64,000 nucleotides of DNA. Origin: Bugula neritina. Its lineage: Eukaryota; Animalia; Bryozoa. The notes below the pieces were generated by a model. It searched no databases. It saw only the letters and a list, made by a program, of their open reading frames with translations, and had not been told where the DNA came from. The translations under genes were made by a program, and so were the position numbers. The stretch is taken from NCBI GenBank assembly GCA_964035545.1, contig OZ037765.1:10550698-10614697 (forward strand), written 5' to 3'. Shown piece after piece: positions 1 to 12,700 of the stretch (position 1 is the first letter of the stretch; the number at the start of each line of letters is the position of its first letter).

Positions 1-737
1 GCTGCAAATATAATATTTCGAGCAGTTGACACAGCAGAACCTTGTCACAGTAAATCCAAATACAAAACAGATAATATACACTCCAGCAACAAGCAAACTC
101 GTTTAATTATTTGTAAAGTCATTTCTTACAATTTTTTAAAGTCAAAGTATAAATTTTACTGTATCAGTGCATTACATAATAGTTTGAATAACGGCAAAAC
201 ATTTTTGCAAGTTTAAACTAGTTTTACATTTATGTTTTAACAAATTTATTTCAATATTTAATTAAAGATGAGCTAATTTAAATGCAATACATTTGTGTTA
301 TACAGTTTAAACATGGAACCAAGAAAAATTAGATGACAAGCATTTACTTAATGAAATTAAAATCTGCTTTTAATTTTCATTTCCGCCTTTGAATATACAT
401 TTCTGTTTTAAATCAATACTATCCGATTTTAAAAAGAGATGCAAATACTTTTAGCTCAAGTGAGACGGGTTAGCTAACTAATTTCAATTGTTGAAATTGT
501 TAGTAAAATTTAACATAAACACCCCAAAAATAGAGATATAGAAATATTTATGCATTTCAACTATTCAGCATAAAAGCAATGCACCATCATTTTATTTTAA
601 AGCACTACACTTGATGTTACAAAATGCATTTCTGTTTGCTTTTTTTAAGCACATTTAGGTATAATGTAAGTGAAGCTAATCAAATTGTTGGTATATAATA
701 TATCTCAACTATATCAACAAAATACAATAACATCTAC

Positions 738-3700
738 CTAGTTTGATATTCCTTAGTAACGAGGGCCATGCCTTTCTCAAGCTCAGCAATGTCGGCTTGT
801 AACTGATCAACAGCTATAGATGACGCCTTATCTAAGGAAATCAGATCTTTGGGAAAAGATTCTACTTGAGGATACTTTGCCTACAATGAGTCCACTGATG
901 CTGTATCACACAGCCAATCATATTGAAGCAAAGTAAGACCCTCCACACTCCAGCTTTTAAAAACACAGGTAAAAAATTGCGAAGAACTAAAACATGTAGG
1001 GTATATTTACCAAACAGTTTCAACACAACACACTCTTTGTCACTCCCATTGAACTTTAACAACTAATTAAAAATATAGTACATGCAAATTTAAAAATCAA
1101 CAATCTAGAGAGTGGCTTAAAATAATGTGGTATCTTACGGCGACAGTGGCAGCTATGTAATGCAGTAGGGATTGCTTTTTGTCACTTGTCTTGACATGTT
1201 CAAGGGCATCTAAACTTTGCAGTTTAAACCCGAATGCCCCACCTTGTCTTTGGCTGTTAATATAGTTGCCATAAGCAAGAATAATCTACAAGACAAAATT
1301 TCAAACATCATATAAAACCATATAAAAGAGTTGTTCAACTAAATATTTATACCTTACTTAAACTTTAGAATGCGTCTTGATAATGCATTCCTTCTTACCT
1401 CTAACATTCTCTTTATTTTTTCTGAACTCATCAAAGATTTGGAAGCTGCCTTCAACGCACATGCTTGCTAAAATTACACAGAATGATTATAATTAAACCA
1501 TTGGTGATATATTCCACATCACCATATGATGAAATAGAAACCTCATTTCCTATATAACTTGTTAAACTTATGAGTAAACTAAATATAAACTCAGCCAGTA
1601 AGCTGGTGAAACAGTACTGCAGACTACAAAGCTATAAATGTGTACAAGACTGGGACTTACCGGCTCAATGTGTTTCACATTATCATTAAAGCAGCCAATG
1701 AAGAGCATAATGGAAAGTTTCTGTTGCAATTTCTCAATGCTGCTCAACTACAAACATAATCAAGGGAAATAAGCAATGAAGTATAAGTTACACATGATGA
1801 GACTAACTTCTCCATAACGAGTACAAAATGTCTATTAGGTACATTGCAATTTCCAAATATGAAATTATTTGCTTGTGAGACACTGGAATAAGAAAACTAA
1901 TTGATTACTAGCATGTAGAATAGAAAATAAATAGAAAGATAAATCCAGAGCTATACTAAAAGGAACTGTAGATGAAGGAAATCGTTAACAGTTGAACTGA
2001 TTTACAAAAGTCAAAAGATAAATTCATTGTTATATTAAATTGAAATATAAATGAAAGAATCCGTATAGAGTTGGATTCATTCACCAAAAATAATCCAATA
2101 CTTTAACAATTGCTAATATAGAATTGAAAAGAATCCCAAATTGACTCATAAAAACTCTGGCTACTTGCCTGCAGCATGAAACGATCTGCAGGGGAGAGAG
2201 CAGTGGGGGACTTATCAGAAGATTCATATTGACGAAAAGCTTTGATCTCCTGTTCGTTTGGCACAATGTGTGAAAGTAGGTCAACGTTCTCTATGGTGAG
2301 GAGGGACACGTCCAATGAAGTGATAGCACCAAATATTTGCTCATCTGTTAGAGTTATCTTCTTTCGAGCTGCAAGAGTAAAAAAATGTTGGGAATAATTC
2401 TATAACCAAAGGACAACTTCAATTTACAAGTACATCCCCAGGGCAACAGGCTAATCAATTAGTACCACCTATAGTTGTTACATCACATCTTTAAAAGACT
2501 CTAAAATGGTATTATTGGTAAAGCCTTGTGTAACGCAATAGATTAAGTTGACATCACAATATTTAGTTGAGTGATCTATATGCACAGAGGATGTACAGAA
2601 CTGAAGTCATCAACATTTTGTAAGATGGGGTTAATAAACCCTTGACCTGTTTGTTAAACACGCATCCAATTACCAGTGTCAATTATTAAACCAATCTATA
2701 CAGCTACAAAATGATGAAATAATTACCAATAGCAACATTTCTATTTCGATTAGCGTCCATAAGTGAGAACTCCTGTTTCTTAGTCTGTTTACGTCCATGA
2801 CCTGGAGAGCTTTTACCATCAACTTTGTCAATGTTAACCCGACTGATTCCAAGTTTGAAATCATCTTCAAATTGCACAAAGTCAAGTTGCTGTGAAAAGA
2901 AAAGAAAAGTACTATTTTAAATATTATGTAATTATTGCAAAAAGAGTCCCATTTAAAATGGTTCCCAACCATTCTGACTAAGTTAGACACTAACTGCATG
3001 AGAAATATTTTTGCTGCATGTATGTATCAATTATTCCGTATGTTCATACCTTATGAATATTTTCATCATCAATTTCAGAAAAGATGGTGCCTTTCACCTG
3101 TCCAGGCTTGAGAGCGACCCAGTTTAGGGTTGGTAGCTTGTATTTAGTCTTAATTTTTCGTTTTCCTAAAAACAACTTTAGACAATTATGTATAGTCCAG
3201 CATTCCATATCTGAGTAAAAATATCTGCCTTGTAAACCTATAAGCTGCATACCTGTTGAAACAACACATAGAATGCCAAACTCTATCCAAACCGGTTTCA
3301 GTGAGATACTAACCTGCTGGAGTACCCATCCCGGGCGGAGGGGGTGGCGGTGGTCCAGCTCCGAAGAGAGGAGGGGGTGGTGGAGCGCCTCCTAAAAGTG
3401 GAGGTGGTGGAGGTATGCCTGCTGGCGGAGGGGGTGGTGGTGGTATGACACCAGGGGGTGGGGGTGGAGGTGGTGGAGGTGGTGGAATAGACGCAGGAGG
3501 AGGCGGTGGCGGAGGCGCAGGTGGTGGCGGAACAGAAACTTCTATAACTGGTGCCGTAGAACCGTTAACTAAATTCTGTTGGACGGTTGCAGCAGATGAA
3601 CTCGTATTTTTCAAAGTAGATGCCGAGTGGGCAGCAGCAACCAACTCTTTTTTGTGCTGCTGTAACTCTTCGATAGTCAACTTCATTTGTTCTAATTCTG

Positions 3701-6700
3701 ATAGACTAGTCTTTAGTTTACTGTCTTGTTCACCGAGGGACTTCGTCAGCTGGTCAATAGATTCATCTCGCTGTTTTACTGAGCTCTACAGAAGATATTG
3801 AGCCAGATGTTGTTTCATATCAGCACAACGTTATGTCGTAGTGAAAACTCTGCAATTGTAACTGTATAGAGAAAACGATTGCACTCCCTTACAAACAATC
3901 AAGAGTTACTACACTAGCGTACAAGATACCTCTAGTTACTACACCAGCATACGATATACCTCTAGTTACTACACCAGCATACGATATACCTCTAGTTACT
4001 ACACCAGCATACAATATACCTCTAGTTACTACACCAGCATACCTGAAGTAATTTGACTTCAGCTGACATAGCTCTGAGCTCCACCTCAGTTTCCTGCAGC
4101 TGCTCGTTGGTGTGTGACAGCTCATCCCGCACCGTAGTCAGCTGCTCCACTGCTGCCAGCTTCAAGTCAGCTTCTTCAATAAGCAGACCCACGTCAATGA
4201 AGTTATCTCTATACGCGTTTACCTGCAATATCACACACACACAGATAAAGACAATAAATACAATTTTCATAGGCATGATAACTCTACATGTCACTTTTTA
4301 TTCCGATCAACTTTTACTGCTCAATAATAACTCTAAATGTTGTTTCCGGTATACGCATAGTTTTGTATTTCTATCAACTTTTGATACTTAAAGACATTTA
4401 CAATATATTCTCATATTGACCTGCTTGATCAGGCGTTCACTCTCATAGTCCTTGAGAGTTTCCAGAAACTCATCAAGGCCAAGAGATGTCAGTTCATACT
4501 GCAGATGTGCTCGGTATGTGGCATTCTCAACTGAGTTTACTATGATATTCCAAAACTGTGTGCACGCCACCATAAACTCTACAAATATGAAAATAGCCGA
4601 GTCAACATGTTTAAACTTATGATGTATATACTATTTCTTCAACAAATATCAATATTACAAAGTCGAAAAATAGCCCGTGAGCAACGAACCGATGTGAAAA
4701 TCGTCGTCCTTATAGTAGTTGAACAGAGTTTCGAATCTTTTAAATTCACCAGTAACAGTTTTAAAGTTGTTGAAAGCTCGAAGTATGATTTCATGGCCAC
4801 CGCTCACAAAGCACACTGCAGCTAGCAGCTCAAGCACTAGTGTTCTAGTTCTGGAAAAAATTAAACAATCGAAAATTCATTAAACATTGTAGGAGACGAT
4901 GAAAGGTATACTTGAAAGTGGTATATTTGTTAGCAAAACCTGCCGTGATAATCTATAGAAGAAAAGCAAAAGTAATTAGAATTGAAGTAATGCTGATGAA
5001 AATCTTAAAAATAAAACAGCAACAGGGTAAACAATAAGTGAATCTAAGTCTAAATGAGACATCAAAAACTTAGGAACAGAAATTATCTTACTGAAAAATA
5101 TATGCATATAGTATATGCAATACAAAAGTTATTGCAAAAAACTAACACTTTGAGCTAGTTCAATTTTTCAGTTATTGCAAAGAAAGAATATTTGAGGCCC
5201 AAGCATTTACATTACATTTAAGTTGGATTAACTCACCGAACACTTTTATGTTTGAGTGCAAGTGCGACAATGTTCATAGCGTCAGGGTGAGCGATGACAA
5301 CATTGAATCCTTTCTGGTGATTCATAATAGCGCGCAGACACATAATGCACACATGCACGTCATCAAACGCATCTCCGATCTACAATACAACACCATGTAT
5401 AGAGACAGCCAATAGGAACTCAGTATTCCTGTGCAAAATATTATTCAGATGTCAGCAAACTGTGCGAGGAATCGTAGACTTAGGTCTGGCAGCACTACCT
5501 GCAGCTCAGAAGGTAAAAAATAAGCAAGAAACTGGTCAGCACTTTAGAAGTGATATGAAAAACGGAGAGGGTCGGCTTATACGCGCCACACTCACAGCAC
5601 ATAGCGTTAGTGTTAACACTGGAAACACAGCTAAACTTATTATCACTCTTTCTATAAACGCTTTCAGTGAATTTAGCCAAGTGGATGGCATTGTGTAAGC
5701 AGTAACGGATGAAATGCACTAAGCAGTGACTATTAGTTGCTATACTCTACCCATTTGGATTTTTGATGATGGTGATGATGAAATACTCGAGTTTTCTTAT
5801 GACTAACTCGAGTTACTCTGCCCTAAACAAATGCTTATAAACATGTAAAAAACAATAGTCATAAATTGTGAAGTTATCAGCCATAGGGAAGATAATTCCC
5901 AAAGTTTATTTTTACACTACACACATTATGCAAAGGATACGAATAGCAACTGGTAAACCAATTAATAATCCATCAAGAATTAGTGAGCTTGAACAATTTA
6001 ATTTTAGCTTGAATCTATGTGTGTATAAAGAAATCTATTGGGGAGGGAGCATAACTCTGGAACAGTTTCCTGCTCAGGTTTTCTTAAATAATGGCAAATG
6101 GAATCTGGAACCATTTTCATATTGAGTTACACATAAAAGGATACTTGACAAGTTTTAGAAACTCTAAAGTATTCAAACCTCACTCAACAGTTCACACAAT
6201 GATATTTGTTTACATGGACCGAACCTTTCTTGATCGGAGCTTCTTACTGGTTGGTCGTTTACTGAGGGGCATAGAGCTGGTTCGCTTCACCCTGGCGTCC
6301 ATTCCCAGGGACATATTCATGCTTAGATTGCCATGTGCCAGATTATTTGACAGCGACTTTGACTTCATCTTGGACTGTGCAACATAATCTGCACTGTTCT
6401 CGCCACCTAACTTCATGCTGAAATAATGCTCAGACATAAAACAAACCACCGCAATAAACTTTCAAGTAGAAAAAGATAACAGCCAGTGAAGAGGAAGGTT
6501 TAGAATAGCATTACTATTTGCACTAGACTTTACACAGCGATATCTATCACAAACATGCACATTCACATTATACAACAGACAGGAGTTTGATAAGAAATCA
6601 AGTAAAGGTCAAATTAGGAGTTGTGTTCTCTCCGCTAGAGTAAAGTATTACATGTCTGGTTAGAGACAGAGTGAGAGTTGCAAGCAGGTGATAATCACTA

Positions 6701-9700
6701 TACACATAGAAAAGCATGTGTTATAAGCCAGTTGAGAAAATAACAGAAACTGCACCACCTAGACTATACTAAAAATAAATGCTTACAGTAAACTTTCAAT
6801 AAAAATTCTTGTTTTGCAGTACATATTATGGACTGAATTTGGCAGAAGGTAAAATACAATTGAATTTTGATTGTTATTGAATGCAGAAAAATTCCTTACA
6901 GTTTTGAAGGAATTGGTTACTGTATTACTGAGTTAGTATAAGAGTTGCAGTCCCTGAAAGTAAAGTGCATACATACATAAGTTAAGGGTACATGTATACA
7001 AATGCATCATTGGTTAGTAATTTCCAAATATTAAACTCGTAAATATGAAGGTTATATTCTAAACACATAGGCTATGAGCAGGTGGGTTACCAACAAACCT
7101 GTTTTCACTGGAAACCCTAAATAAATTAAAGTAGCATAATATAATAATTTAAACATACTGACTAATCACACGACATACTGTGGCAAAAATTGAAAATAAA
7201 TTCTCAACAACTACTTGAAATGTTGCTAGGGCTTGAATGCCAAAAACTCTGAGTAACCTAGCATTGTTGTAAAAAGTTGGTAGAGCCATTATTTAATGGA
7301 AAAGTGTCAACAACCTCATACTGTGTAATTGATTGGTTTGATTATTGCAATGCATGACTCGTGACACTATCACCTCATTGCTTACTTTTTATATCTCAAC
7401 TACATCATATGAAATCAACAATTACACATTTGGGCTGTCAAGCCAATCATGACTGGTTCTACAAAAATTCATAAATACTACAGAATCTTCCAATCCAAAA
7501 TTTCCTGTTGAAATAAAACTAAAACGTAAAAAAAAGTTTTTCCAAAAACTGTCAGACATGTGAGGAATTATGACAAAACTGCTGTTGGCAGGTTGACAAA
7601 GTTGTCACCATTAGAGAATATACATATTATATAGATTGTATATCTGGACAGCTAATTAACTTGATTCTAATGCAACTCATCACAAATCACTTGATCAAGA
7701 TAACAAATTTGTTCTGGACAATAATGATATATAACATTTTTGGAGTTGCCTCATTATGCCATATCTGGTTCAAGTAGCTCAATCTAAGCTACCCTCACAT
7801 TTTTTCAAGTACCTATTCAACAGGAAATATTTCTGCCAACAATCTAGAAAATTTCCATAAGCACTCTTGAGCATGAAGCAGAGTACTGCAAGATATAGGA
7901 CACCGGGAACTGTTTACTTACTGCATCAACATCTGAGTGAAAGAGAGATAGTCCACTATCACATCAACACCTTTATTCTCATCATTCAAGAACTCTCTAA
8001 CCCATCTGAAAAGGAATGCATCAGCTCATTACATCTGAAGGTGATATATCAGAGCGCACAAACCACATGACATTATTTCTCAGAAAAGCACAATAATTAC
8101 CAGTTGGTATTATATATACTTTAGAAAGTTTAATTTGCCATGTAATAAGTGCATATTGCCAAGGAAAATAAGCTGTACATCTTTCTTCAACAAATTGTAA
8201 TTAGCTTCTAGCATTATAGGACATCTACCACATCTATAGGCCCTAAAATATATGAGTGTGTGATGGAGAGAGAGAGGGATAGAGAGAGAGAGAGAGAGAG
8301 AGGGGGGGGAGAGAGGGGAGGGAGAGAGAGGGAGGGAGAGAGGGGGAGGGAGAGAGAGAGAGGGAGGGGAGAGAGGGAGGAAGAGAGAGGGAGGGAGAGA
8401 GGGGGAGGGAGAGAGAGAGAGGGAGGGGAGAGAGGGAGGAAGAGAGAGAGAGTGAGGGGAGAGAGGGAGGTAGAGAGAGGGGAGGGAGAGAGGGGGAGGG
8501 GAGAGAGAGAGGGGGGAGAGGGAGGGGGAGAGAGGGGGAGGGAGAGAGGGAGGGGGGAGAGAGGGAGGAAGAGGGGGGAGGGAGAGAGAGGGGAGGGAGA
8601 GAGAGGGAGGGAGAGAGAGGGGAGGGAGAGAGGGGGAGGGGAGAGAGAGAGGGGGGAGAGAGGGAGGAAGAGAGAGGGGGAGGAAGAGAGAGGGAGGAAG
8701 AGAGAGAGGGGGAGGGAGAGAGTGGGAGGGGAGAGACTCACATATAAGTTGGCCAACATAATTATTCCGTAGCTAGTATTGCTTTAGGTTTCACAATCTC
8801 AAGTGCCCACTCATACTACTCTATACTAACGTAGAGCAAACAGTGACTTGGTTGTAGCTGTGATGTAACTAAACCCTTAATATTTACTTAAGAAGTTGAG
8901 GCAACTAGCAGTACTTATCATCACAATGACACGCTTGTTGATGTACGGCATCAGAGAAATGGATACACTAGTGTGTTAGTATTAGTAGGCTAGTAACACT
9001 GCAACTCCTATGATCTCCTCTACAGTTGCTCCGCAGATGATGATGGGAGATTAAAGCATCACAGTTACGCATTGTGATTCTCCACACGAGTGAAATCACT
9101 CAAATCAGAAAACAACTGACTCAGTCATATGCCAAACCATAGCTTATCAGATTACAAAGAATAGACTGTACAGGGCTATTGGCAGAACGAGCTCAACCCA
9201 AAGCATTACAGCAAGTAGTAGTTGTCAACAGTGACCAAGTATGTAGATTGTAGAGCGTGGGCCTCGATATGAAATACAGTAATTATATAATATACATATT
9301 ATTATGATGTTGCATCAATGATCATAAAACTCAATGAGCCAGCTGCAGGCGTTATCAGGTCTTGTTACCAGTTAGTGTAGTGATATTTAGGTCAGTTGGC
9401 TCGGCATCTTCCTGTTTACTGTATAAGACTGGGATGTGGACATGGTATGCAAAAACCAACATCCGCAGATATGCTTGTCTGTTGACTGGGAAACTATTTT
9501 AGGCATTTATTTAGATGGTAAAGAAGTTAACTAGAAGCTTTAAGTTTAAAAGATTTTAGTGAGAGTTGAGAAAATAGTTTTGCTAAAAGTTCGACCACCA
9601 CTAGAGCCATCTTCAAAGTCATTTACCACATATAATTATTTGTAGGTGGCACACAGTGGGGGCTCAATATAGTGAAGTAAACTCTTTCATTTTTGAAAGT

Positions 9701-12700
9701 TTAACAATGCAGGAGATACGGGCTCACCCCCCCCCCCTAACTGAGTAGGTATTGTGAGGGTTACACCCCCCCCCCCTAAATACAGGCAAGCTTTTCCTTG
9801 TGTAGCCTGTAATTATCTCAGACTGCGGCACTTGACATGGCTACTGATAAAAATACTTGTCAAGTATGAATAACTTTTATGAAATCAGGAAGTCCAAACA
9901 AGTTTAATGTTAGCAACTTCCTTGATAAAGAAAGCCTTTAGCCTAAGTTCAGCTTGCTTTTCAATACAGTTCAGTTCAATACCAACAAGCAAAGAAAAGT
10001 TAGGCACTGAGTCTCAGGATAATCAACAATATCTGATAGCTTTGTCAATGTAGATGTAAACACACAGTCATACATAGCATATCAGATGTTAGACAAATGA
10101 AGGAGAAATGAATAAATACTGTGTTTGTAAACAGGCCAGCCTCATCATAATCTAATAGGTGATGGGGTATAAATCAAATATTAGTATTATATGAGGGGAG
10201 AGGGTAGCAATCATGATAAGAGCAAAGAGTAGAGGAAGACTGCATAGCAATAAACAACGAGACTCACTGTATATGATTAGTTCTCAGTGATATCTCCAGA
10301 TCTCGCAGCACTTGTGTAGAGGTCTGGTGTCCAATGTGTTTTTTATTCTGAAAATAAAGACTTAGCTACAACAATGCACCAATTGATAGGTTTATTCACC
10401 AGCAGGGCACCCCAGTTTTAAATAACTGAGTAGTGGTAGAAAGAATTCATAACATGGACATATGATTGAGGTATTTTCTGTTAAGGCCCCTTCTTTTATC
10501 AAAACAATATTCTTAGAATAAAATAATTAACAGATATTATATTACATCATTTTATGCAAATAGCCTATTTCTAAATCTAACTGCTTTTACCCAATATTCA
10601 TTTTTATCTTTGTTTTTACATCTTTTCAACCTATATTATATGTTTATTTTACGCTGAATATTAAAAATTAGTTTGCAAAACTATAGTTGCATCACCTAGC
10701 ATTAAATCTGTTTGCCATTTTGACTGGTGGACACAAAAACATCACAACATGAACACAGTTTGTAACATATTCCTAGTCAAAGACATACAGCTACGAATCA
10801 ATAAAGGGTAAAGGACGTTTGATCTATTAATTGACTCAAAGTGAAAATCTCAGATCTAAAGTTACAGCTCTTTTACAGTATTACAGGCCTTCGTAGAAAT
10901 ACTGTTATAAATTTCCAATGAAATGCATTTAGTAGAGCTATTTTAGAAAATATTATATTAATGGTCTTTGGTATTTAACTTCCACAATGATGCAAAGTAC
11001 AATAATGACTTTACCAGTCATAGTTATACTATGCTAATTTAAATAATGAAGTTATAGTCCAGTAATCTCAGACTCAGCAAGTCTATTAAAACTACAGACA
11101 TTTTTATACAGAAAATTTGTAACTTTTAGATACTCTACATTTGTACTTGACGAACTTTAGGCACTACATTTTCATTAGACACTAAAATTAAACAAGCATC
11201 TAAAATACTAAACTACATTGAGATGCAAAAATAATCCCTGTGAGAAAATGATTGATTTGCAAAAACAGAACAACTGGTGAAGCCATAGTCACTGTGAGAT
11301 AGTGAGACTGAAGGGCAAAGTCATGAGTCCAATAGATTGCAATAGTTTCTCTTCTGAAGTCATTGGACCAAACATGAACTGATCAGCTGCAATAATGCAG
11401 CGCAGTAATAGACCATGTAAGTTTGGTACATTTAGTACCTTGTACCAATTCTAGAATACTCACCACTATAACTTATATAAACTTCTGCAAGTTCAAATGC
11501 AAAATGCATACTTCTAGGAAATAGCTGTGCAACTTTTATTACATGCATTATTTTATTTCATATCTTAAATTTATGAATCGTGAGTTCATTTTTCAAAATG
11601 TTTAATTTAAGTGCTTAAAAAATGCAAATAAAAAGTACAAGTTTAAAAAAATACCCTGGTGCAAATTGACCACAGCCCCAGCTGTTTTGGCAAAACACAT
11701 TTAATGACATTTTCATTGACATAGTGGTAAATAGGCTGGTTGTTTTTGGCAGATGGGTAGCACGCTGGCTGGCTGCAACTTTATACAATTCTGATTGGCT
11801 GGACTCTACCTGACCAGCTAATGATTGTATCTGATTGGCCTAATAATTCATTTGCATTTGAAAATATAGAGTTTTATATAAGTTATAGTGGTGATATTTT
11901 AGAGTTGGTACACGCCCCTTTTTTGGTTGAGTTTTATAGTTTGATCATGCTGTAGTCATCTACAATACTTCAGTGTATGGGGAAATTATTAGTATTACGA
12001 AATCTGTTTTGGCTTATATTGCTATGCCAGTTTTCTGACTTAGTTTTTCATCAACTATATGCAGGCTGTTCTAACTTAGGTGATTTCATCAAAGGTAGAC
12101 ATTACTTTAGGCCTTAGAACATCAAATCAACCAGTGCTGTTACTTGGTTGTATTGTAAAGCAGTAGTGAGAGCATAGCACACTAGTACAGTCACCAAGCT
12201 GCAATGGCAGTGGCCACACTAAACTCACCAGTTTTATTAAAATATCTTATGTAAGGCACTTAAAAACACTAGCCTAGTCTGTTAGTATGTAGAGCAGTAA
12301 CACAGTTACAGCAGTCACACCACCCCTCTCTATCCTGTCTACCAAGTACAGAGGTTGCAATAATGATAATCATTTCATGATTTAGTTTTAAATCAATGCA
12401 TATTACTGAATACATTCTCATAGTCTGATTATTTTGCGCTTCAGTTTACTTGAATATAATAATTTAAAAAATTGCTTCACACGCATATTACAAATGCATT
12501 AACCTACGCTAACCATAAATTATTTGCTTGCGTACTCACTACTGTTTTTTAAATTTATATAGCATTAGCTTTTTTAATCAATCACATATTAATTTGCAAA
12601 AGTTTAATTGCACAGATAATGTAGACATTTTGTATAAAAATTAGTATTAACATGTAATGCCTTGCATGTGGGTCTATATTGCCAGTTGGTATCATCACCA

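Noticed and set aside
3415-3801. Gly-rich plus-strand ORF
   Set aside because: Antisense shadow of the FMNL poly-proline FH1 exon.
3904-4042. CRISPR-like regular 30-bp repeats
   Set aside because: The units are contiguous with no unique spacers, and the context is a eukaryotic intron.
5400-5720. GC-richer intronic patch with ORFs on both strands
   Set aside because: No motif, termini or splice pattern I can support; possibly an old TE fragment.
8214-8772. 181-aa and 170-aa ORFs (SLP-rich and ERG-rich)
   Set aside because: Translations of the GA low-complexity tract.
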